From: a virus
IMG/VR virus record: IMGVR_UViG_3300033145_001228
Location: 1-41,350 of that record
Direction: 5' to 3' (one strand)
Length of the DNA: 41,350 bases
Shown here: positions 7,884 to 14,501 of the stretch, piece after piece
Numbering within the stretch: position 1 is the first letter of the stretch
Layout: every line of letters starts with the position of its first letter
The notes under the pieces: model-generated
The model's input: only the letters and a program-made list of their open reading frames with translations
Databases searched by the model: none
Told to the model about the DNA's origin: nothing
Made by a program: the position numbers and the translations under genes

Positions 7884-8917
7884 TTCATCTTCTCCTTTTT
7901 TGTTATTAAATAAAAACCAATTACAGCCATAATTGTTGGCCACATACGCGGAATTTCAAACGGATATTCCACAACCATAAGAACCATCAGCGCAATCATA
8001 GCAATCGTTTCATGATCAAACCGGATATTCTTAATAAAATCTCTCATAAACCATCCAATAAATAAGAATCCTGGCAAACCAACCGCAAATATAAATTGAA
8101 TCAAAGAGCTAAAAACATTATCCGCATAAACAGCTCCTTTTATAAATTGACTTGAAACAAAGGGAAATATACCTATGCCATATCCCTGTTGCGGACTATT
8201 AAAGATCATCATGATAGTTGGCTCCCACACTAACCATCTAATGTTCAAAGATTGAACAATCTGATCTTTAAACAATAAAAAACCAGAAATTCCGGTAATC
8301 ACAAGAAATATTCCGGATCCTATGTGTGAGGCGCGCTTAATTCTTAGAAAAATCATGAAAATCAGCAAAAACAATATCGTAACTTCTTTTAATGACAAGC
8401 AAACAACTACATATAATAAAGCCAGTAGAGGGTTAACTTTAATTGCAAAAGGTAGTGTTAAAGTGAGATATGTTGCCAGCCTGGGCCCTGAGCCCATCAT
8501 TCCACCTATTTCACCATAGCAAGGTAGATTAAAAATAGGGTTATATCCAATATTTTGAAGCGCCAATACAAAAATATTAACCAACCCACCCCATACCATG
8601 TATTTTAAAAAAACGTCGCTCCTAGAGGCATATAAAGCGATTATCCGGATTCCAATAAGAGATAAACATATCTTCAATGTTGCTGAGGTAATAGCACCAT
8701 CAAAGTTATGCCAAAACAATTGGAGTATTAAGAAAATAAGAAATATCCCCATAACCGGACAATTATAATGCCTCTTCGGTTTATCAATGAACGATGCGCC
8801 AACCAACGCCATTACAGCACAATAAAAGAATAAAACATTGAATCTTTCAAGATCAAACCCAGTTGTATAACAAATAGGGGATAACAGTAATATTGCCTTT
8901 AAGACTATATCAACCAT
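7871..8917 (-). CDS. Polytopic membrane protein of the O-antigen ligase / Wzy_C (PilO/PglL-type) family
   Basis: About 10 hydrophobic segments. RIKRASHIGSG and QQGYGIGIFPF resemble the Arg-containing loop and GxGxGxF motif of O-antigen ligase-like proteins. Confidence 0.6.
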   Translation of the reverse strand: MVDIVLKAILLLSPICYTTGFDLERFNVLFFYCAVMALVGASFIDKPKRHYNCPVMGIFLIFLILQLFWHNFDGAITSATLKICLSLIGIRIIALYASRSDVFLKYMVWGGLVNIFVLALQNIGYNPIFNLPCYGEIGGMMGSGPRLATYLTLTLPFAIKVNPLLALLYVVVCLSLKEVTILFLLIFMIFLRIKRASHIGSGIFLVITGISGFLLFKDQIVQSLNIRWLVWEPTIMMIFNSPQQGYGIGIFPFVSSQFIKGAVYADNVFSSLIQFIFAVGLPGFLFIGWFMRDFIKNIRFDHETIAMIALMVLMVVEYPFEIPRMWPTIMAVIGFYLITKKEKMKWIH

Positions 8918-8956
8918 TATCCCCTATATCCTCCTTCTATCTCGCGTTTCTATAAT

Positions 8957-9460
8957 TTAGAAGTCATACGTTACAGTTGCAAATACTTCCGTATCTATAC
9001 CAACAACAAATATACCTGTAGAAAATTGAGCTCCACCAGGAATATTAATATGATACGTTTCACCTGTTACAGCTATACTGACCTCGAATTTCGGAGTTCC
9101 AGTAGCACTTAAGGCATCATAAACTAGAACATAGTCAGCTGCGGATGTTGTAAGTCCACTAACCGTAATACTTGTTAGCCTTGCCGCACCTGTATGAACA
9201 AGCTTTCCCGCAGACATCTCTGAACCAACAATAGATGTTACAGTCTTTGGATATTCAAAAACGCTTGCCGAACCACGATTGTCAATCTCTAAAACCTTAC
9301 CACTCCGAGCGCCACCGATCGCAGTTGTTTGAGAAAACCCTTGATCGGATCCAGCAGTCCTGATATTCCTTCCGGTTGTTACTGTCGCATCACCGAAAAC
9401 AAAGGCCGGAACAGCCAACAACATTATAAGAAAAATAACAAAAATGAGCTTTTTATTCAT
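8957..9460 (-). CDS. Secreted beta-rich protein directly after the capsid gene (167 aa); possible small outer-membrane barrel
   Basis: MNKKLIFVIFLIMLLAVPAFVFG|D. Alternating-hydrophobic strands. C-terminus ..VFATVTYDF has a terminal Y-x-F like an OMP beta-signal. Confidence 0.45.
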   Translation of the reverse strand: MNKKLIFVIFLIMLLAVPAFVFGDATVTTGRNIRTAGSDQGFSQTTAIGGARSGKVLEIDNRGSASVFEYPKTVTSIVGSEMSAGKLVHTGAARLTSITVSGLTTSAADYVLVYDALSATGTPKFEVSIAVTGETYHINIPGGAQFSTGIFVVGIDTEVFATVTYDF

Positions 9461-9470
9461 ATCATTCTCC

Positions 9471-10796
9471 TTATATAGTTGATGGGTTAGCGGAGTAAAC
9501 TTTCATATTTATGATACCGGCTGCGCGACTAAGACGGCTGTCTTTTCGCAGAGCTTGACCATAATATGCCTCGATGCCTAAACCAATCCCCATACCATAA
9601 TCTTTCTTCTGGCCGATAGGACCTGGCTTATCACCTAATGCGCGACAAACTGATTGCGCGCCAAAACCAATTACAGTAGCAATATTTCGCTGTGTAACCA
9701 GCTTGTCAATAACATGAGATGCAGCTGTGGTACTTGAAACGCCTCTTGTCAACCCTGTGAAACTATTCTTGCCTTTACCGCTATAAGAAATAATTTCATC
9801 TTCAACCTGTAAGGATCCACTTGATGCAAAATAAATAGTGAAGTCCGGCTGAGTTGAAGTTGCTGTGGTTGCCCCACCAACAGACAAGGTTGTGGCCGTT
9901 GTCGTTAATGTTGCAAAAACAGTTGATTCAGGTCGAAGCGGTGTACCTTGAGGAATCGGAAGTAAAGAATAATAGGTATAAAGCACCATATTCTTAAACA
10001 CACCAATTGCTCCTTTGAATAGAGGATGATCACCGTCTCCGTCAAACCTCTTCAAAGCATTTTGTATCGATTGAACAAATACTGTATTCTGATTCAAGCG
10101 ATACTCTTCAACTTCACTGAAAACACAACCATAAATAGGAACCTTACGGCCGTTGTTAAGCTTTGCAACAATCGGCAAAGCTCCCTTACGCAACAATGCT
10201 AAACGCACAAGGTCCAACTCAGTTGGCCCAAACACATCACCATCGTCAGCATTTAATTCACCTACCGAGGATTTGCTATTAGCAAAGATTGTTTCATTGG
10301 TATCAGCTGTAATCAAGGTGAAGATGTCAGCATCCATCTTACGGCTCATCCAATCCTTCAGAAGAACCCCTGCTGATTTAACCTGGCTGAAGTTAGCTTG
10401 ACGATCTGCCTTCTTCGTGATACCAACTGCATGACGAACAAAATCTGCTGATACAGTGAATGTTCCCACTGACAGAGATTCCTCGTTTCCGAGTAACTGA
10501 TTTTCACCGGTAACACCAGTTCCCATCAGCTGTGAAATGACACTAAAACTTAATTGATCACCTTTTTGGCGTAATGGACCGGTCTTGTCGATAACAGGCA
10601 TCATTGTTCCTTCTGAACCTGTCAGCGCTCCCCAAAAGGAGTCTCTGTTGCCATCAGCAAATACTCCGTCAGCCCAAAACTCTGGAATGACATCATCAAT
10701 ATCAGCAACGCCGGTTACAACCAAACTATCAAGTGTGGATACACCTGATTGGCACATCAATATACTTCTAAACAGATATGCAATTTTTATGAACAT
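9471..10796 (-). CDS. Major capsid protein (HK97-fold family, DUF4043-like)
   Basis: Position directly after the scaffold gene. The block KGDQLSFSVISQLMGTGVTGENQLLGNEESL matches the conserved N-terminal region of this capsid family (from memory). 441 aa. Confidence 0.8.
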   Translation of the reverse strand: MFIKIAYLFRSILMCQSGVSTLDSLVVTGVADIDDVIPEFWADGVFADGNRDSFWGALTGSEGTMMPVIDKTGPLRQKGDQLSFSVISQLMGTGVTGENQLLGNEESLSVGTFTVSADFVRHAVGITKKADRQANFSQVKSAGVLLKDWMSRKMDADIFTLITADTNETIFANSKSSVGELNADDGDVFGPTELDLVRLALLRKGALPIVAKLNNGRKVPIYGCVFSEVEEYRLNQNTVFVQSIQNALKRFDGDGDHPLFKGAIGVFKNMVLYTYYSLLPIPQGTPLRPESTVFATLTTTATTLSVGGATTATSTQPDFTIYFASSGSLQVEDEIISYSGKGKNSFTGLTRGVSSTTAASHVIDKLVTQRNIATVIGFGAQSVCRALGDKPGPIGQKKDYGMGIGLGIEAYYGQALRKDSRLSRAAGIINMKVYSANPSTI

Positions 10797-10813
10797 ATTT
10801 TTCCCTTCATTAA

Positions 10814-11890
10814 TTAAATGTTTTTCTTGTCGTGTTCCTCCCGCTCCTCTTCAGAAAGTGCAAGATATTCTTGCTTTGTTAACTTACCGCCTTCTTTCTC
10901 TGACTTATCAGAAGATCCATCTACCGGACCAACAATCTTCTTTCCGGCCTTGCCCTGCTGATAACCTTCTTTCTTCGCGGAACCACTTCTTTTAAGAACA
11001 ATTTGAAGTTCAGCAGCCGCTTCTCTGGCTGATTTTAACTCTCCATAAGCATCTTTACCTTGATACTTTTGTTGCCAAATTTCAGTGGCACGATCATAAA
11101 AGGCCTGGTTGAATACTTTGTTTGCTGCCTTCTTACCCTTAGAAAAATCCTCTCGATTGCCAGGATCAAGCTCCGGATACATCTCATCCAAGATTCCGTT
11201 AGCAGTTTCTTGATCAGCAAGAAATTTAGTAACCGCAGCTTTATTCTTTAATGTTACCTGCTTAGTATTAAAGAAACCTTGATCAACGGCATCTTGAGCC
11301 AAAATTGAAAGAAGCTCAACAAACGTGTTCCCATCTTCTTCTTTGTCAAAGAAACTAGACAGTTTTTTCTTGTGCTCGTCGGTGAATTTCTTTTCGAAAG
11401 ATTTTGTTTCTTTCTCTTTCGATGGTTCTTTCTCAGTAAAGGTGATATTCCCATCTTCGTCTGTGCTTATCCCAATCCCTGACTTATCCAAAGCAGTACG
11501 TAAATTGGAAAGATTACCTTCCGTAGCACCCATCTTTCCAGCACGATTTTGATAAGCCTCCCACAGTTTATCAGGATCATCACCAAATTCACCGTATTTT
11601 CCATCAGCTTCAGGTTCTTCTTCCTTATCCTTTTCAGGGGAAGCTTCCTCTTCGCCTTTAGATTTATCTTTAGCGCCGGCCGATTCTTCTTTATCCTTTT
11701 CAGGAGATTCCTCGCCTTCGGCGTTAGGATCCTTTTCTTTTTCCTTACCCTCTTTTTCTTCCTTACCTTCTTCCTCTTCACCCTTTTCACCATCATCAGG
11801 GTAAACCGTCTGACCATCCTTAATTAATCCTCTCTCATCAGAGGTAATGTTGAATAGAAGGTTTAGAATTGGTTTTAAAAAATAAAACAT
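10814..11890 (-). CDS. Scaffolding-like protein (358 aa, E/K-rich low complexity plus helical C-terminus)
   Basis: Immediately upstream of the capsid gene. Strong SD (AAGGAGCAATAT-ATG). Extreme Glu/Lys content. Carries the shared N-terminal leader. Confidence 0.6.
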   Translation of the reverse strand: MFYFLKPILNLLFNITSDERGLIKDGQTVYPDDGEKGEEEEGKEEKEGKEKEKDPNAEGEESPEKDKEESAGAKDKSKGEEEASPEKDKEEEPEADGKYGEFGDDPDKLWEAYQNRAGKMGATEGNLSNLRTALDKSGIGISTDEDGNITFTEKEPSKEKETKSFEKKFTDEHKKKLSSFFDKEEDGNTFVELLSILAQDAVDQGFFNTKQVTLKNKAAVTKFLADQETANGILDEMYPELDPGNREDFSKGKKAANKVFNQAFYDRATEIWQQKYQGKDAYGELKSAREAAAELQIVLKRSGSAKKEGYQQGKAGKKIVGPVDGSSDKSEKEGGKLTKQEYLALSEEEREEHDKKNI

Positions 11891-11959
11891 ATATTGCTCC
11901 TTCTTAATGACGGCCTCTGGCCGGTACTCTTACCGGATTCCTGGTTGTCGTCTTGATTA

Positions 11960-12015
11960 CGAGCAAAACCAACAGAAAAGGACAGATCTGACTGATGCAT
12001 CAGAATCTGTCCTTT
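11960..12015 (-). terminator. Intrinsic terminator-like hairpin between the accessory head genes and the scaffold gene
   Basis: 11-bp stem aaaggacagat/atctgtccttt (11977-11987 / 12005-12015) with an inner palindrome ctgatgcatcag. On the minus strand it is followed by TTCTGTTGGTTTTGC. Confidence 0.5.
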
Positions 12016-12045
12016 AAAGCAATGTTGGTATCTACTAGTAGCGAA

Positions 12046-12236
12046 CTAATAGATAATTAAATTTTTGTAATACTTAAATTTATCTCTTAACCTAAAATAT
12101 TTATGCAAAGAAGAATGGCACTTCCTGCATAATACAGTCAAAATAATCCTTTCGCTTTATGTCGCTGTCCACTTCTTTTACATCTTACACATTTATCAAA
12201 TTTGAATAACCATCTTTTTGTAAGCATTTTTGGCAT
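12046..12236 (-). pseudogene. Possible frameshifted small zinc-ribbon gene
   Basis: The ORF MPKMLTKRWLFKFDKCVRCKRSGQRHKAKGLF stops at TGA (12138-12140) right after a T4 run. The -1 frame continues LTVLCRKCHSSLHKYFRLRDKFKYYKNLIIY. Joined, the two give a CxxC-x18-CxxC ribbon. Confidence 0.3.
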
Positions 12237-12253
12237 CACATAACCCTATCAAT

Positions 12254-12487
12254 TTAACCTAAAAACTTAACTAACGACTTAACGTATTTACAAGATGCTT
12301 CAATCATTCCTTTGGTATATCTATCAGTTTTAACTCTACAAATTTCCGGTCGCTCATAATAAATCGAACACAAATTATCATCATTCAAATGTTTACAAGT
12401 TCCATCACCGCGATCCAGGTCCTTAGAAACTAACCTAACGTATCGACAACAGTCTCCGCACTTTTCGCATTCCCATTTCATACCCAT
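12254..12487 (-). CDS. CxxCxxCC (YkgJ/UPF0153, formerly FliB-named) putative Zn/Fe-binding protein
   Basis: CEKCGDCCRYV ... CKHLNDDNLCSIYYERPEICR matches the family signature. The second ATG (12481) forms an ATGA overlap with the stop of the A24 peptidase gene. Confidence 0.7.
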   Translation of the reverse strand: MGMKWECEKCGDCCRYVRLVSKDLDRGDGTCKHLNDDNLCSIYYERPEICRVKTDRYTKGMIEASCKYVKSLVKFLG

Positions 12488-12861
12488 ATAAAAAATAAAC
12501 TCGGTATCAAAACAAATGGCGTAAACGGTCTAGGTTTAAATAAGAACGTATTCCTATGATAGTATATATTAAGAGCAAATGCAAACAATAAAATTAAAAA
12601 AGAATAATTCCCCATGAAAGCACCTACCATTGCCATCAGTTTTACATCCCCTCCGCAAAACGCACCTTTAGAAAAGATCAGAGCTCCAATCAAAAACATC
12701 AACAAAGCATAATCCCAATTACCAGTAAAATATATCCCAACCGCAATAGCCGGCAACACAATCACATTAGGAATAATCAATCTCTTAATATCACAAACTG
12801 TCAGAACAAACATAATTAATATAAATATCAGCGTCGGAAAAGACAAGTTAAGCTCTCCCAA
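12478..12861 (-). CDS. Minimal A24-family (prepilin peptidase / TadV / FlaK-like) membrane aspartyl protease, 127 aa
   Basis: Both catalytic-Asp motifs are present: VCDIKRLIIPN (first Asp) and CGGDVKLMAMVGAFMG (GxGDxKL). About 4 hydrophobic helices. No methyltransferase domain. Confidence 0.75.
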   Translation of the reverse strand: MGELNLSFPTLIFILIMFVLTVCDIKRLIIPNVIVLPAIAVGIYFTGNWDYALLMFLIGALIFSKGAFCGGDVKLMAMVGAFMGNYSFLILLFAFALNIYYHRNTFLFKPRPFTPFVLIPSLFFIWV

Positions 12862-13045
12862 GTCTTTGATTCTTCTTCAGCTTTTTGGCAAATTCAGGAT
12901 TTTCTCTAACGGCAGTAGCAACTCTTTCAAAGTTTTCTCTTGCCTGAGCAGACTTAAATTGCCTTATCGCGCCTGATCGTAATCGCAACCTGTTACCAGA
13001 GAGCTTAACCATACGGCCCTTTAGTTCCTTTGCCTCCCTTGCCAC
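12848..13045 (-). CDS. Small basic hypothetical protein (65 aa)
   Basis: Open frame coupled to its neighbours. R/K-rich helical sequence. Confidence 0.5.
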   Translation of the reverse strand: MAREAKELKGRMVKLSGNRLRLRSGAIRQFKSAQARENFERVATAVRENPEFAKKLKKNQRLGRA

Positions 13046-13065
13046 CTCTTCCTTTTGGCTTATTT

Positions 13066-13410
13066 CTAAACATCAAGCAACCTTGTGCTTTCCGCATCAC
13101 GTTCTTCATCAGACGCTTTTTTAAATTCTTCTTTGGTCATTTTGTTTTTACCAAGTATTTTAATACTCTTAACTTGAAGAGACATTTCTTTTCTTTTACT
13201 ATCAGCAGATTCATTAACCTCTTTACTTTTAACGCGAAGAATTACCTCAGCACGCACATCTGTGTCAGGATTAAACTTAAACAGCTCCTCCGGCACATTT
13301 TTGTGAATACGAAAACTAGGAAACACTGTCTCATTTTCATGTTTCTTAGAATCAAACGGCTCCCCAAACTCTTCTTTTCTTTTAATCCCTAAATCAATAA
13401 ACTTTGCCAT
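13066..13410 (-). CDS. Hypothetical protein (114 aa)
   Basis: ORF with an SD-like GGGGGAATT upstream. Sits in the portal-scaffold interval. Confidence 0.55.
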   Translation of the reverse strand: MAKFIDLGIKRKEEFGEPFDSKKHENETVFPSFRIHKNVPEELFKFNPDTDVRAEVILRVKSKEVNESADSKRKEMSLQVKSIKILGKNKMTKEEFKKASDEERDAESTRLLDV

Positions 13411-13419
13411 AATTCCCCC

Positions 13420-14163
13420 TTAGTTATTGTGTATAATATTCAAAGCCTGAATCCGAACCATATCTTTAAAGAAATCAGTTGTTGTAAACTTAAACATCTC
13501 GCTACGGACCTTCCAGCGCTCTTTATTTGCCATCGAATCAATATCTCCATTAAACTTACGCTGAAACATTCCGGCACAAGTAAGCAATGTTATATTTGTG
13601 CCATGTTTATTTAACCAATACTCAAGTGCTGTAGTCCAGGCATCCGTCGCGTATATCCACCAATTACACTGGCAAACATAAATAAGCTGCTTACTCCAAA
13701 ACGGTGATTCATCATGATTCGTTACTTCCAACATATCAATATTAACACTCTCATTCGGCTTGTGAGGATGAATAATAAACATTCGGCGATCTAAAGCTGT
13801 ATCAATTAATACCTTATCCCACCCAGGATTAACAACCCGCATATCATCCGCTACTGCACCAATGATCTTAGAGCTATCAGAAACAAAAGGCATTAAATCA
13901 GCGTAACCACAATGAAGATCCGCGTATCCTCTGCGGCGCGGGGTTACAATAAACTTAACTAAAAATTTATCTTTATCAGGCCAATCACGAAGCCAAATTT
14001 CTTCTTCAGAAAATCCTTGATCATCATCATCAAACTTAATCAAAACCTCAAAATTCTTTGGATCAACACATTTCGTGGCCAAATCATCTAACAAATTTTT
14101 TAGCCCATGATTCGCGTTACCTTCAATTCGGCTATTAATAAGTAAACTTATCTTAGGACCCAC
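13420..14163 (-). CDS. GT-A fold glycosyltransferase-like protein
   Basis: KISLLINSR...FEVLIKFDDDD resembles the N-terminal Rossmann strand plus acidic motif of family-2-type GTs, with a later AVADDMRV. GTG at 14163 lies 1 nt after the upstream TAA and 8 nt after GGAGGA. ATG alternatives at 14184 and 14244. Confidence 0.5.
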   Translation of the reverse strand: MGPKISLLINSRIEGNANHGLKNLLDDLATKCVDPKNFEVLIKFDDDDQGFSEEEIWLRDWPDKDKFLVKFIVTPRRRGYADLHCGYADLMPFVSDSSKIIGAVADDMRVVNPGWDKVLIDTALDRRMFIIHPHKPNESVNIDMLEVTNHDESPFWSKQLIYVCQCNWWIYATDAWTTALEYWLNKHGTNITLLTCAGMFQRKFNGDIDSMANKERWKVRSEMFKFTTTDFFKDMVRIQALNIIHNN

Positions 14164-14164
14164 G

Positions 14165-14485
14165 TTATGTATCCTCCGATACATCTTGCTTACTTGTTTT
14201 CTCTTCCTGTTCAATCTTCTTAATAAGATCATCCTCACTAGCAAAAATCTTAGCCGGTATCTTCTTAATGAATTGAGTGATTAAATATATTTCATGATCG
14301 ATCAGCTTCAGCTCATAGATCGTCTTTTCATCAGCCCTGTCCAAAGCTGTCAGAGCTTTATGCTTCATCTGAGCATCAACGTACTTATTAAGAATATCAA
14401 TGAACTCATGCCATCCGGAGTTAGGCGTTAGCGTAAGCCGGCGCATCTCCTCAGCACACCTAAGAAGCTCATCCCGCTTCTTCAT
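14165..14485 (-). CDS. Hypothetical helical protein (106 aa)
   Basis: ATG at 14485 preceded by AAGAAGGA, just after the portal stop. The track ORF start at 14542 overlaps the portal gene. Confidence 0.55.
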   Translation of the reverse strand: MKKRDELLRCAEEMRRLTLTPNSGWHEFIDILNKYVDAQMKHKALTALDRADEKTIYELKLIDHEIYLITQFIKKIPAKIFASEDDLIKKIEQEEKTSKQDVSEDT

Positions 14486-14501
14486 CGTGTCCTTCTTAAT
14501 C

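Noticed and set aside
7884-7943. Long N-terminal extensions of track ORFs: 7482-7943, 7154-7720, 14165-14542, 13420-14244 and 27927-28181.
   Set aside because: The extensions overlap the preceding gene in another frame and lack SD sequences. Internal starts with good SDs sit right after the upstream stop codons.
11467-11827. Extra ORFs in both orientations inside the scaffold gene (11467-11817 minus, 11549-11827 plus).
   Set aside because: They arise from purine-rich GAA/AAG repeats encoding the Glu/Lys-rich scaffold region, and they translate to Lys/Arg or Phe/Leu homopolymer-like strings.
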